A stretch of 32,000 nucleotides of DNA from a virus. This document shows, piece after piece, positions 1 to 8,433 of the stretch; within the stretch, counting starts at the first letter, position 1; each line of letters starts with the position of its first letter. The position numbers and the translations under genes were made by a program. Location of the stretch: IMG/VR virus record IMGVR_UViG_3300033407_000001, positions 117,276 to 149,275 of that record; one strand, 5' to 3'. Below the pieces are notes generated by a model, which had not been told where the DNA came from, did not search any database, and saw only the letters and a list, made by a program, of their open reading frames with translations.

Positions 1-1
1 C

Positions 2-439
2 ATGAAGGGGAGTAATCATCTGGCATTTGCTGAGATGAACTTTAGATGGCGTGGTCCCGTCAATAATGACGACGCTCTCAGGAGCGTTGTTATGCCAGAT
101 GGATTCACTCTCGATGAAGTTAGCGGAGAACTGTTTGAGATCAGGGATGAAAAGCTTTATCCACGGGCAGTGGTTCGAAGCCCCTTGGATAGAGATAGAA
201 AGCCTTCGATCGTTCCATTGAAGAGATTTTCCGCCGACACAGAGCAGGTGGCGGATGGTTGGAAGATGCTCATAAGAGAATGGGGCCGAGTAATTATTCG
301 CGGTGAGATCTTCTCTTCCAGTGAGGAAGCCGTAGACAGCGCCAAGAGGTGGCTTGATTCCAATAAGGTTGGGTGGGAGAGCTATACTGCCAGAGTCAAC
401 TTCAGGGGTAAGCCGCCCGAGTGGAAGCTATTTGAATAG
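2..439 (+). CDS. hypothetical protein (145 aa)
   Basis: Long ORF from the track with ATG at the window edge. I recognise no motif. The next + strand gene follows 20 nt later. Confidence 0.55.
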   Translation: MKGSNHLAFAEMNFRWRGPVNNDDALRSVVMPDGFTLDEVSGELFEIRDEKLYPRAVVRSPLDRDRKPSIVPLKRFSADTEQVADGWKMLIREWGRVIIRGEIFSSSEEAVDSAKRWLDSNKVGWESYTARVNFRGKPPEWKLFE

Positions 440-459
440 CCGTGTATAACTAAGCGACG

Positions 460-825
460 ATGAGAGTCGCCATTGTTGGATCTAGAGACTATTCCCCTTT
501 GAGTGATGTTGTGGACTACGTTCGCTCATTACCGGATGACACTGTCATTATCACCGGGGGCGCCCGTGGCGTTGACCAGATAGCAGAGAGCGAAGCCCTG
601 GCTAGAGGCCTGGAAGTGGTCGTGCATCTGCCGGATTGGGCCAAATATGGAAAGTCCGCAGGTATGATCAGAAATAGAGTTGTTGTTGACGACTGTGAGA
701 AGTTGAAAGCATTCTGGGATCAGGTGAGCCCAGGCACGAAGGGTGTCATTGCTATGGCTGCCAAAGCCGGCAAGCTTGAGAAAGTATCCCGATGTGGCAA
801 CCCTAGACAAGGTAGCCTCTTCTAA
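460..825 (+). CDS. SLOG-superfamily / DUF2493-like (DprA/YspA-like Rossmannoid) protein
   Basis: VAIVGSRD first strand and the ITGGARGVDQIAE glycine loop are typical of SLOG/DprA-like domains that are frequent in phages. Confidence 0.65.
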   Translation: MRVAIVGSRDYSPLSDVVDYVRSLPDDTVIITGGARGVDQIAESEALARGLEVVVHLPDWAKYGKSAGMIRNRVVVDDCEKLKAFWDQVSPGTKGVIAMAAKAGKLEKVSRCGNPRQGSLF

Positions 826-833
826 GGACTATA

Positions 834-862
834 TTGACAATAGTCATATATAGGTCAACAAT
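834..862 (+). promoter_or_regulatory. sigma70-like promoter giving a leaderless start at 869
   Basis: TTGACA (834-839), a 17 nt spacer, then AACAAT (857-862). The ATG at 869 lies 7 nt after the -10 element. Confidence 0.45.
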
Positions 863-868
863 GTTACT

Positions 869-1087
869 ATGAAGTATACTGATTCTGATATGGCAATAAT
901 GGCTATCGGTGAAATTGGAGCTGATCTCATGACAGTCATGGTGGCTGTGGTAGCATTCATCTACCTGAATGATCTGCCATATCTCATACAGTTGCCATTG
1001 TGCTGCTTACTATGTGTAATAATCAATCGATTGGCACTCGGTTTTGTTCATCTTGGGTACGATCCAAACGAACAGTCCACTCACTAA
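869..1087 (+). CDS. small hydrophobic (membrane) protein, 72 aa
   Basis: ORF with two long hydrophobic stretches. It sits at the predicted transcription start of the 834-862 promoter. Confidence 0.5.
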   Translation: MKYTDSDMAIMAIGEIGADLMTVMVAVVAFIYLNDLPYLIQLPLCCLLCVIINRLALGFVHLGYDPNEQSTH

Positions 1088-1155
1088 TACTTGTATTGGC
1101 CAAGTATTGAATGATAGGACTTACTTAAACTGTCCTATAGGGACAAGGAGATCTT

Positions 1156-1491
1156 ATGAGCAACGATGTAAATGGAATTATCGAAAATGCAATCGGCCAG
1201 GTCCGATTGATTCTCACACAGGCCGTTCAGAACGCTAACGAGGAGACTCGCGCTGAGTTGATCCAGCAGTTCAATCATGCCGTCGGCGGAAAAACTATTA
1301 CTACAGTTAAGGCAAGCAGAGCCGCTTCCTCAAAGACGAAGGCGGCCTCAGTCAAGGACAAGCCGAAGCGCAAGGTGTCCCCTGAGACCAGGGCCAAATT
1401 GGCAATGAATCTCAAAAAGGCGAGAGACGCTAAAGCCAAGAAGTCCAAGGCGCCGGCCAAGAAAAAAGTCAAAGCAGAAGCAAAGCAGTAG
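1156..1491 (+). CDS. Lys/Ala-rich basic protein (histone H1-like, nucleoid-associated candidate)
   Basis: AAGGAG lies about 7 nt upstream of the ATG. The C-terminal half is K/A/P-rich low complexity (..KKSKAPAKKKVKAEAKQ). Confidence 0.6.
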   Translation: MSNDVNGIIENAIGQVRLILTQAVQNANEETRAELIQQFNHAVGGKTITTVKASRAASSKTKAASVKDKPKRKVSPETRAKLAMNLKKARDAKAKKSKAPAKKKVKAEAKQ

Positions 1492-1524
1492 GCACGCAAG
1501 CGCTTGCGCTGCACAAAAGAAAAA

Positions 1525-1548
1525 AGCCCGGTGCAATTGCTCCGGGCT
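1525..1548. terminator. bidirectional intrinsic terminator between convergent genes
   Basis: AGCCCGG (1525-1531) pairs with CCGGGCT (1542-1548). It is flanked by an A-run upstream (a U-run on the - strand) and TTTCT downstream. Confidence 0.7.
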
Positions 1549-1550
1549 TT

Positions 1551-2348
1551 CTACATTAGGGATTGTCCTGGTTTCCAGCCATCCGGGAGAACGTAGTGCT
1601 CTTTGTGCGCATCTACGTAAACGATATGCACTGTATACGGATCTGTCTCAGGTTGATCTTCTACGATCATGGCCGTTAGCCGACCTCCGAATACGCATCC
1701 GGTGTCTATTCCGTAGCATGAGTATCCACCATGGCAGTCAATCCGGGGCTTCGCAAGGCTGTGTACGGCATGCCCATAAATGACGCTCTCCGGTCCAGCC
1801 CAGCGAGTCCCCCATGGTGCAGCGCCTTCTACAGGCTTAAGGGGGTTCTTATGGTCAGCTGCCATCTTGCCGTCATCCCCGACATCCCGAACTCGGCATA
1901 TTTTACTTAGCTTTTGATTCTCAGGGGGAGTGCCGTCTGTCTCAAAGCCAGCATGAACAACCAGCCAGTTTTTGTCGAGGCGGAGAAATGGCGGGAGATG
2001 ATTGAGCCAGTCCATATCGTCATCTGAGAGAGCAATATGCTGAGCCAACCTTGCCTCATCAAACGGGCGCATGGGATTCTTGTCTGCCTTCCCGGTTGCC
2101 ACCTTGTGCATCCATGCTCGCCAGCGAATGTGTTTCTCTTCGTGGTTTCCAAGAACAGCCTCAGCGTCCAGTTCCCTGGCCCGTCGAACGACGCCAACTG
2201 GATCCGGTCCACGGTCAAGTAGGTCTCCAGCAAACACGAGCCTATCGCCCCTGCTGCGGCCCTGGTAATCGACCAAAAGTAAAAGTTCGTCCAGTTCATC
2301 CAGACAGCCGTGGACATCGCCCACAATAATACATCTTTGATAGTTCAT
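1551..2348 (-). CDS. PPP-family metallophosphatase (lambda-phosphatase/ApaH-like Ser/Thr phosphatase)
   Basis: GDVHG, GDLLDRG and GNHE motifs occur in the canonical order. Confidence 0.85.
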   Translation of the reverse strand: MNYQRCIIVGDVHGCLDELDELLLLVDYQGRSRGDRLVFAGDLLDRGPDPVGVVRRARELDAEAVLGNHEEKHIRWRAWMHKVATGKADKNPMRPFDEARLAQHIALSDDDMDWLNHLPPFLRLDKNWLVVHAGFETDGTPPENQKLSKICRVRDVGDDGKMAADHKNPLKPVEGAAPWGTRWAGPESVIYGHAVHSLAKPRIDCHGGYSCYGIDTGCVFGGRLTAMIVEDQPETDPYTVHIVYVDAHKEHYVLPDGWKPGQSLM

Positions 2349-2608
2349 AAGTCATTTGATCTTGATTGGCGCTGAGGCTTATTAGGCTGGTGGCTTTCGA
2401 TAAAGTCAACGACAAAGGCTATAGCCTCCAGCTCGCGCATCTCCCCACTGTTCCTAACCTCGTACCAGCCACCATGCTCTTTCGCGAGCTTCTCAACTCG
2501 CTTCGTGAGCCATGCAGATCTCCTGGCCAGGGTGCCGAGAACCTTGTGAAGGCTCGGCTTTTTGGCACCCCTGACCAGCTCTATAGTGTGATCTTCAGGG
2601 AAGTTCAC
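2345..2608 (-). CDS. hypothetical protein (87 aa)
   Basis: ORF overlaps the downstream gene by 4 nt, which suggests translational coupling. Confidence 0.55.
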   Translation of the reverse strand: MNFPEDHTIELVRGAKKPSLHKVLGTLARRSAWLTKRVEKLAKEHGGWYEVRNSGEMRELEAIAFVVDFIESHQPNKPQRQSRSNDL

Positions 2609-2611
2609 ACA

Positions 2612-2977
2612 TCACTCGGCGAATTCTTTGCCAACATATCTGTACATGCCGATAGTAGCATTTCCAGGCTGGATCTTCTCGCCGTGGATCTCATACCAGT
2701 TCTCACCATTGGAATGAGCGTAGATAATCTCAACCTCGTCGTTGTTGCTGAGCATCTTCAGCGCGTTTTTGACAACCTGCGCCGCTGAATGGTGACTACC
2801 GGCACCCTTGCCAGGAGGACCATGGTCGGCTACGAGAGTGGCGTAGCCCAGCGCACTGATCCTGCTCAGAACATTGTAGCTCGAAATATATAAATGGGCT
2901 CCATTGCTGCCATTGCGAGCCTTCGCCATGATGGCACGAACTTCATCCAGGATCTCTTCAGCTGTGATTTTCGACAT
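2612..2977 (-). CDS. hypothetical protein (121 aa)
   Basis: ORF tightly packed in the - strand operon. No motif recognised. Confidence 0.6.
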   Translation of the reverse strand: MSKITAEEILDEVRAIMAKARNGSNGAHLYISSYNVLSRISALGYATLVADHGPPGKGAGSHHSAAQVVKNALKMLSNNDEVEIIYAHSNGENWYEIHGEKIQPGNATIGMYRYVGKEFAE

Positions 2978-2989
2978 ATCAATTGCTTT

Positions 2990-3787
2990 CTAGGCGGCTC
3001 TCCGCCTTCTGATGGTTTTATTGGCAATCCGAAGAAATTCGGGTTCATTTGCCTCAAGGAGTAGCTTCTGAGCAAGCATCTGATCTTCGTATGGGAGCCG
3101 GCTATCCGAGTGAATGCAGTAGCTACTGTCAACCTCGCCATCGGCACCGAGTAGTTTCACGTTGCCCTGGAAGCCATAGTCAATGCGATAGACCCGCATG
3201 GACCCATCTTGGCTATGGACAGTGAGATGGAAGCGGTTATCATTCTCCATCTCCTCACGCTGCTGCTCGTTGAGCATCCTGAGAAGTAGCCCGCGAGCCC
3301 TCTGCTCGGCAGATTCCTTGAAGCGCTTCTTGCGGGCATTGTCGCGAACCAGCAGTTGTCGCTTGCGCTCGTACTCGGCTGCCTCCCTAGCAATTTGCTC
3401 AGGTGACTTTTGAGGCCTGCGTGCATACCTCTCAGTGAGGTGCTTATGACGGCATTGAAGCCATCCAGGAGTAGCCCAGACATCATCGCTAGCCCGCGTA
3501 TTTCCAGTATAGGAAACCGTGTAATGGTCCCCGGTACTAGTCGTGACGACAGGGTCAAGCCATCCAGTTGGCCAGTGATCACCCGTCACCGACGTCGTGG
3601 AGCAGGTCTGTGACCAATACCCAAAGCATTTGTCCTGGATATAGCGGATCTTGGCATAGGTCTGATTGGTCAATGGCTGACCAACAAGGTCATTCAGCTC
3701 GCTAGTGGCAGTTTCAACGATGCTTCCAGGAGTCTGAGTACCCTCGTATATGGAGACTATGCGGGATTGATCTATCGGCGGCATCAA
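2990..3787 (-). CDS. hypothetical protein (265 aa)
   Basis: Long ORF with a central R/E/K-rich helical segment. No motif recognised. Confidence 0.65.
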   Translation of the reverse strand: MMPPIDQSRIVSIYEGTQTPGSIVETATSELNDLVGQPLTNQTYAKIRYIQDKCFGYWSQTCSTTSVTGDHWPTGWLDPVVTTSTGDHYTVSYTGNTRASDDVWATPGWLQCRHKHLTERYARRPQKSPEQIAREAAEYERKRQLLVRDNARKKRFKESAEQRARGLLLRMLNEQQREEMENDNRFHLTVHSQDGSMRVYRIDYGFQGNVKLLGADGEVDSSYCIHSDSRLPYEDQMLAQKLLLEANEPEFLRIANKTIRRRRAA

Positions 3788-4089
3788 CCCCCCGCCATTG
3801 GCGGGATGAGAATCATCTTCCCGGCCTGCGCGTCGAATTCGCGAATCTGGTCGCCTTTTTCGCCATTCTCCTGAACCTTGAAGGCCAGGTACTTCTTGTC
3901 TTTGACAAGATGGTTGAAGCTCCGGCGAGCGTCCTCGACTTCGTCCTCATTGGCGGCGTTCCAGACCTTTTTCAAGTCTCCGTAGCCGTTGATTGTCGAG
4001 ATGGCAATCATGCCTGGCATCGGCGCGTCAAAATCGATATCGGGCGACCAACCCTCTTTTGTGAGTTCCCAGCCTAGCGGTTGTTCCAT
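3784..4089 (-). CDS. hypothetical protein (101 aa; start trimmed)
   Basis: The internal ATG at 4089 is preceded by GGAGAAUUAAAU. The longer start at 4158 would lie inside the promoter-like motif at 4160. Confidence 0.5.
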   Translation of the reverse strand: MEQPLGWELTKEGWSPDIDFDAPMPGMIAISTINGYGDLKKVWNAANEDEVEDARRSFNHLVKDKKYLAFKVQENGEKGDQIREFDAQAGKMILIPPMAGG

Positions 4090-4123
4090 ATTTAATTCTC
4101 CATCAGTGCGTCTATAGACGCCA

Positions 4124-4366
4124 TCAATCAGACACCACTCTCGCCTGCGGTGTTTCAATTGTCAAGATTTGCCGCCTGATACGCTCAACATTATCCTGGG
4201 CTTCCCTGAACTCACTGGTGTCCCAGCATCCAACAATACCGGATTCCTTTTCGGCAAGCTCTATAGTTCTGGCGTGCAGTCCAGCTGACCTCTGCCATTG
4301 ACCAAGCTCTCTATACAGCTTCCTATATCTGCGCATACGCAGATACTCTCTAAAATGCTCAAGCAT
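4124..4366 (-). CDS. hypothetical protein (80 aa; start trimmed)
   Basis: The internal ATG at 4366 directly follows the stop of the HAD gene (4368). The longer track ORF would overlap that gene by 130 nt. Confidence 0.45.
   Translation of the reverse strand: MLEHFREYLRMRRYRKLYRELGQWQRSAGLHARTIELAEKESGIVGCWDTSEFREAQDNVERIRRQILTIETPQARVVSD
4137..4165 (-). promoter_or_regulatory. TTGACAAT promoter-like motif
   Basis: - strand AUCTTGACAATTG with the -35 element at 4160-4165. The -10 is weak (GAGAGT). Confidence 0.3.
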
Positions 4367-4367
4367 C

Positions 4368-4952
4368 CTACTCAGCCGTTTCTCGAATAGCCTCCATTCG
4401 GTCTCGGACCTCCGATAGATTGGTGCCATCGTAGCGGACGACATTTGGGTGCGAAAAGCCATCGTTCCACCTGTGGGCTGGCATGATACCAAGTCCACGA
4501 GGGCGCCATTCTAGCCATCTGACCATATATCTGGGCCAGTCATCAGTGAGCATTTTGCCATACATAAGGCCCTTGTCCATACCGACAGTGACAAGGCAAT
4601 CCGGAACTTCCCGGCGACACCAAATGGCCTTCTCCGTCCATGCGCTAACCGTATTGGTTGGCCCTTTAGTCAGGATGTGATTGATGAAGTTCAGCTCACG
4701 GGCGATTTCCAGAACATCGAAGCCCAATTTAAATCTCTCCAGGTTCTCCCAGAATCCGGGCTGAGACTTGATCATAGCCTTGCGAGCTTCCATCCAGTCG
4801 GGAGTGGTTCCTGTCTCGAAAAGATCTGCGACATCAGTAAATTTTTCTTCTGGACTAGCTATCAGCGTGAGCTTCCCCCTCATAGACTTGTCGAAGTCTG
4901 CGAGGGTTCCATCTAGATCGAACAGAGCGATTGCTTCGTGTGGTTTTGTCAT
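4368..4952 (-). CDS. HAD-superfamily hydrolase (5'-nucleotidase-like)
   Basis: N-terminal FDLDGTLADF (DxDxT motif I). The ATG at 4952 follows the CCA of the upstream tRNA with no gap. Confidence 0.8.
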   Translation of the reverse strand: MTKPHEAIALFDLDGTLADFDKSMRGKLTLIASPEEKFTDVADLFETGTTPDWMEARKAMIKSQPGFWENLERFKLGFDVLEIARELNFINHILTKGPTNTVSAWTEKAIWCRREVPDCLVTVGMDKGLMYGKMLTDDWPRYMVRWLEWRPRGLGIMPAHRWNDGFSHPNVVRYDGTNLSEVRDRMEAIRETAE

Positions 4953-5030
4953 TGGTGACTCCGAGAGGACTTGAACCTCTGACCTTTGCTTTAGGAAAGC
5001 ACTGCTCTGATCCTACTGAGCTACGGAGCC
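4953..5030 (-). tRNA. tRNA-Arg(CCU)
   Basis: Cloverleaf read by eye: acceptor GGCUCCG/CGGAGUC, D arm GCUC..GAGC, anticodon loop UUCCUAA, T-loop UUCAAGU. CCA is encoded. Confidence 0.85.
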
Positions 5031-5341
5031 GTAAGTCTATTTGGTATCACAAGGGTGCCAAGGAAATGGCACCTGTCGTCCCTTGAAAGGCTTAGTACAG
5101 GGGTTTGATCACGATTGCGTACAAAGCGCCATCTACCGTTGGTGCAACGGTATGAATAGTCTCCAGACTCGAAGGAGTCAAATTCCAGGTCCCATAGTCG
5201 GCCTTGGATATCTTTGATAATGTCGTGTATCTGTCTGTCGTAGGCTTTGAGCTGTTTCGATAGGGCTATAGCACGACGGATGGATGCAACCATTTCCTTT
5301 TTGGAGGGCAATTTCTCTTCACTGTTCATTCGACCTACCAT
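5021..5341 (-). CDS. hypothetical protein (106 aa)
   Basis: Track ORF. Its UAG stop is formed by U8-A9-G10 of the downstream tRNA-Arg. Confidence 0.6.
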   Translation of the reverse strand: MVGRMNSEEKLPSKKEMVASIRRAIALSKQLKAYDRQIHDIIKDIQGRLWDLEFDSFESGDYSYRCTNGRWRFVRNRDQTPVLSLSRDDRCHFLGTLVIPNRLTAP

Positions 5342-5893
5342 CTAGTCCATCAGCATATCTGCGAGCCTATGATACTTGTCTCTATCCTCGATTGTCTGGG
5401 CCAATGTTTTTTGAAGATCGGCGATAACTGCAACAGAGAGCATGAGCACGGGTATCGTCACCGTGTGGGCATACTTGGCCTTCTTCTTGTGATCTTCGCT
5501 GGATTTTGAAGAGGCAATGGTTCCTTCGAGTATTTTTCCTAGCCATTGCGACGATTCTATAATCTCCTGACCCAGAAATGACCTCATGAGGGCCAGCTCA
5601 TCATCGGATGGGTTATCCCTTTCCATCACCCGAGTCGTGCGACACGGCAGGCATAGCTCATTCGTGCAATTGGTGGCCTTCTCAGCCTTCTCGATTATGC
5701 CGGTCATGATCTCACCTATGAGGTCACGATTTCCTTGCATTGATGCAGATATCGCAGATGCAGTTTCTGCCGGATGAGTCTTGGCGTAGCTGGTCAACTC
5801 GTCCAAGCATATCTCAATGGAGTCGGTGCAGATCCTTCCTGAGTAACATTGCGAGAATATCCGCCTGAAGGTATCTCGCAGTGGATCAATCAT
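5342..5893 (-). CDS. hypothetical protein (183 aa)
   Basis: ORF abuts the next gene with no gap. No motif recognised. Confidence 0.6.
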   Translation of the reverse strand: MIDPLRDTFRRIFSQCYSGRICTDSIEICLDELTSYAKTHPAETASAISASMQGNRDLIGEIMTGIIEKAEKATNCTNELCLPCRTTRVMERDNPSDDELALMRSFLGQEIIESSQWLGKILEGTIASSKSSEDHKKKAKYAHTVTIPVLMLSVAVIADLQKTLAQTIEDRDKYHRLADMLMD

Positions 5894-6435
5894 TCTTCGC
5901 TCTTCACATTCAAGAGTGGGCCACGCTCAAATCCTGGCCCCTTTTCATGGGGGAGCAGCTCTTGCGCCTTACTCCCCCATATGACGTAGGCTGGCAGCTT
6001 AAGCTGGCGAGATTCGTTTGTAGCATGGGCACCATCCCGGAATGGGACAGTGATTTGCGGACCACCCTTAGCATCAGGATGGAACTCGGCCTCCAGCCTT
6101 CCAGTGCTCCTAGTCAGTCCCAGCGGGACCTTGATGGTCTCACCGCATAGGTGTTTGAAGACGAGGTAGTACCAGCATCGGGTCTGGTAATGATAATCAT
6201 CCAGAGATTCCCATTGAAGCTCAAGACGAGGAATGGGGAGGCCAACAATGTCGTCTTCCTCCATGATGACATGCTCAGTCCATGCCCACCGATCCTCATT
6301 CTCAGCGAGCCTATCCTTGGTCTCGTACCTATCAAGCTTACCGTGCAGGGTCGTAAGCTCGACGTCTTTCATCTCCAGCAGCTCCTCCATCCTGGATAGT
6401 GCCGTCGATAGTGTTTCCTCTTCTTCTTTGTCCAT
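5890..6435 (-). CDS. hypothetical protein (181 aa; start trimmed)
   Basis: The ATG at 6435 (MDKEEEE..) lies 3 nt after the tRNA CCA. The longer track ORF overlaps that tRNA. Confidence 0.6.
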   Translation of the reverse strand: MDKEEEETLSTALSRMEELLEMKDVELTTLHGKLDRYETKDRLAENEDRWAWTEHVIMEEDDIVGLPIPRLELQWESLDDYHYQTRCWYYLVFKHLCGETIKVPLGLTRSTGRLEAEFHPDAKGGPQITVPFRDGAHATNESRQLKLPAYVIWGSKAQELLPHEKGPGFERGPLLNVKSEE

Positions 6436-6438
6436 AGT

Positions 6439-6516
6439 TGGCACCTCCGGCAGGACTCGAACCTGCGACAACACCGGGTAGAAGCCGGTTGCTCTAATCC
6501 TCTGAGCTACGGAGGC
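6439..6516 (-). tRNA. tRNA-Arg(UCU)
   Basis: Acceptor GCCUCCG/CGGAGGU, anticodon arm ACCGG-CUUCUAC-CCGGU, T arm GCAGG-UUCGAGU-CCUGC. CCA is encoded. Confidence 0.85.
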
Positions 6517-6534
6517 ATTAACCTCTCACCTTTA

Positions 6535-6563
6535 TTTTTCTCGTCGATACCGGCAATTGTCAA
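6535..6563 (-). promoter_or_regulatory. TTGACAAT promoter-like motif upstream of tRNA-Arg(UCU)
   Basis: - strand CAUCTTGACAATTG with the -35 element at 6558-6563, followed by an A/T-rich -10 region. Confidence 0.35.
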
Positions 6564-6949
6564 GATGAGCGGAATCTCTTGCGCACGACATTCTGGAATC
6601 CACTCCTTTGAAAGAGAGTTTCCATGCTCTGTGCGCCATAATCATTCCAGGAATGAATGAGTACCCGATCGGGTCTCTTATCCTTATCGAGGTCCTGGCA
6701 GATAAAGAGAGCGATATGATACCCACTGACATACGGGAGCCCGACTTTATCGGCTATCTCCGAATTCCCGGTACCAAGGTCATGATCTAAGAAGACGATG
6801 TCGAACTTAGGTCCGAAGGTCATCTCCCTAATTACTTCATCGAAGTTGTAGCAATGAACAACCTCCTCATTCCTGAGGATTGAAGCAAAGACATCATGTC
6901 GTTCCTGCTCGTCATCGAGAACGAGGGCTCTCTTCTTTTGCCGGCTCAA
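6560..6949 (-). CDS. CheY-like receiver (REC) domain protein, stand-alone
   Basis: ALVLDDE followed by DIVFLDHDLG, spaced as expected for a receiver-fold acidic pocket. Confidence 0.5.
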   Translation of the reverse strand: MSRQKKRALVLDDEQERHDVFASILRNEEVVHCYNFDEVIREMTFGPKFDIVFLDHDLGTGNSEIADKVGLPYVSGYHIALFICQDLDKDKRPDRVLIHSWNDYGAQSMETLFQRSGFQNVVRKRFRSS

Positions 6950-7185
6950 TTTTTCTTCGGCTTAAGAACCCTGACCTTCAGGGCCCTAGGATCAAAGGAT
7001 CCCCTGTGCAGGTTATGATCTTCATCAAACCAGGCAACCTCAGTTGTTACACCTATGGTTATGGCTCCCTTCTCATCGCTTATGACCGACGGAGAGTTAC
7101 CGGTAACTGTCATCAGCAATTCCTTCGATGATGGAAGGTAGACGATAGCTCCAACAGGGATGGTAGTACTTTTCTTCTTACTCAT
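6946..7185 (-). CDS. DUF2158/YodC-like small protein (79 aa; start trimmed)
   Basis: ..LMTVTG..VAWFDEDHNLHRGSFDPRAL resembles the YodC family. The A of its ATG is A76 of the tRNA-Ser CCA. Confidence 0.5.
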   Translation of the reverse strand: MSKKKSTTIPVGAIVYLPSSKELLMTVTGNSPSVISDEKGAITIGVTTEVAWFDEDHNLHRGSFDPRALKVRVLKPKKN

Positions 7186-7274
7186 GGCGGAGAGAACGAG
7201 GGTCGAACTCGCAAGGACTGTTAAGTCTCGTCCGCTTTCCAAGCGGGTGCCATCACCAATTGGCTTGCCTCTCC
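7185..7274 (-). tRNA. tRNA-Ser(GGA)
   Basis: Class II tRNA: acceptor GGAGAGG/UCUCUCC, 3-bp D stem, anticodon loop UUGGAAA, long variable arm. CCA is encoded. Confidence 0.85.
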
Positions 7275-7520
7275 AAATAGCTTCTCGTGAATATCATAGC
7301 TTGTGACGCCATCTTCATCTTCAAAATGGGCACAGAAATGATCCAATTCACGGCCACACGATGAACAGTCTTGGCCGAATTCGAGATTCTCCCATTCGTA
7401 TTGGGTGATCTCAAATTCACCAGACCCAAGACACTCATCCTGATCTAGATGCCAATCAGGATGACGCCGCCAGGTCCTGGGCCCAACCGGATTTCCGCAG
7501 GTCCAGGTGATCTTTACCAT
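7221..7520 (-). CDS. hypothetical Cys-rich protein (99 aa; start trimmed)
   Basis: The ATG at 7520 overlaps the RF gene's UGA (UGAUG). The last 54 nt overlap tRNA-Ser. Confidence 0.45.
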   Translation of the reverse strand: MVKITWTCGNPVGPRTWRRHPDWHLDQDECLGSGEFEITQYEWENLEFGQDCSSCGRELDHFCAHFEDEDGVTSYDIHEKLFGEASQLVMAPAWKADET

Positions 7521-8186
7521 CACCAGTTCCCCTTCATGTAATCCTTCAGATTCCATTGCTTACCTAAAATATGGTCTACCACGGAACCATCCTGAACCCG
7601 AATTGTTCTGCGCTTGTCAGCTCTCATTCCTGAGCCAATCTGAGATCTCCTATCATTGGCCCTAGAGCTGGCAGCTCTCTCCCTCTGGGCCTCCATAAGC
7701 CTGGCCCGGAGAAGCTCCATGGCCGTCTCCCGGTTGAAATGCTGAGACCTCTCAGACTCACAGCGGACAGAGACCCCGGTTGGAATGTGCGTCAACTGGA
7801 CAGCACTGTCTGTCACGTTGCGATGCTGACCACCAGCGCCTGAGCCTCGACAGGCTTTCCAGGAGATGTCTCTATCACAGATCTTAAGCTCTGAGTGAGT
7901 CGGGATAGACATAACGGCAACCGTGATGGTGCTCGTCTGCCTTCTCCCTTTCTTCTCCGTTGGCGGAACCCGCTGCCAACGATGACCGCCAGACTCATTC
8001 GCAAAAGTCTTCTGAGCCTGCTTGCCTGTTGCCTTGAAGATCAGTAATCCAGGTCGTTCCGTAAGGATTTCGTAGCTAAAGAGATCTCCGTGCTCCAACC
8101 TTCGCGTAGATTGCGAATTGATCCTGCACGAGTAGTTTGGCGTCGTTGCCGCCTTCGGCTGCTCTTATTTCTACGATCACTGACAT
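7520..8186 (-). CDS. RF1-like peptide chain release factor lacking domain 1, with a putative programmed +1 frameshift (join 8186..8079, 8077..7520)
   Basis: Frame A (ATG 8186, with GAGGAGAGG SD) encodes MSVIVEIRAAEGGNDAKLL..YAKVGARRSL and then UAG. Frame B continues SYEILTERPG..ESGGHRWQRVPPTE..SGAGGQHRN... Together they align to RF1 domains 2-4, including the PxT-type loop and GGQ. Confidence 0.75.
8075..8089 (-). promoter_or_regulatory. candidate +1 frameshift site GGAG-AUCU-CUU-UAG-C
   Basis: The - strand reads CGG AGA UCU CUU UAG CUA CGA. E. coli prfB has AGG GGG UAU CUU UGA CUA CGA. Here there is an SD-like GGAG 4 nt before CUU. Confidence 0.6.
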
Positions 8187-8187
8187 A

Positions 8188-8421
8188 TCAACCTCTCCTC
8201 TTTTTCTTTTTCTTATCCGGGAGCGGAATTAGTGCGCCAATTGCCCTGGGCTCCACACCACCCTGAATAAGTCTGAGTTCACGCTGCTCTTGCGTCCATC
8301 TCTGTCGATCTTCTTCTCTCTTCTCAGATGTTTCATTTCCACAATTTTGACAGTACGTGACCAATGAATCGCGGGTCCTGTGTACATCAACGTCGTCGTA
8401 TCCACAAGCTATGCAGCCCAA
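8188..8421 (-). CDS. zinc-ribbon protein with a poly-Lys tail (77 aa)
   Basis: Contains CxxC..CxxC and ends in KKKKKRRG. Its stop lies 1 nt before the RF ATG. Confidence 0.55.
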   Translation of the reverse strand: MGCIACGYDDVDVHRTRDSLVTYCQNCGNETSEKREEDRQRWTQEQRELRLIQGGVEPRAIGALIPLPDKKKKKRRG

Positions 8422-8433
8422 TCGATATGCCTA

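Noticed and set aside
1275-1536. - strand ORFs antisense to the Lys-rich gene, and the many 60-140 aa shadow ORFs inside 1551-2348, 2990-3787, 4368-4952, 5342-6435, 11633-14461 and 22753-23349
   Set aside because: They lie on the opposite strand or in an alternative frame of longer ORFs that carry recognisable motifs or better gene-packing logic.
7520-8098. PrfH (RF-H)-type release factor paralog, or a simple truncated ORF starting at TTG 8098
   Set aside because: The protein keeps the full codon-recognition loop (VPPTE...). The upstream 36 codons encode the missing RF domain-2 N-terminus in the -1 frame relative to the main ORF. The main ORF must therefore be entered by a +1 shift, so the TTG-start model loses conserved sequence.
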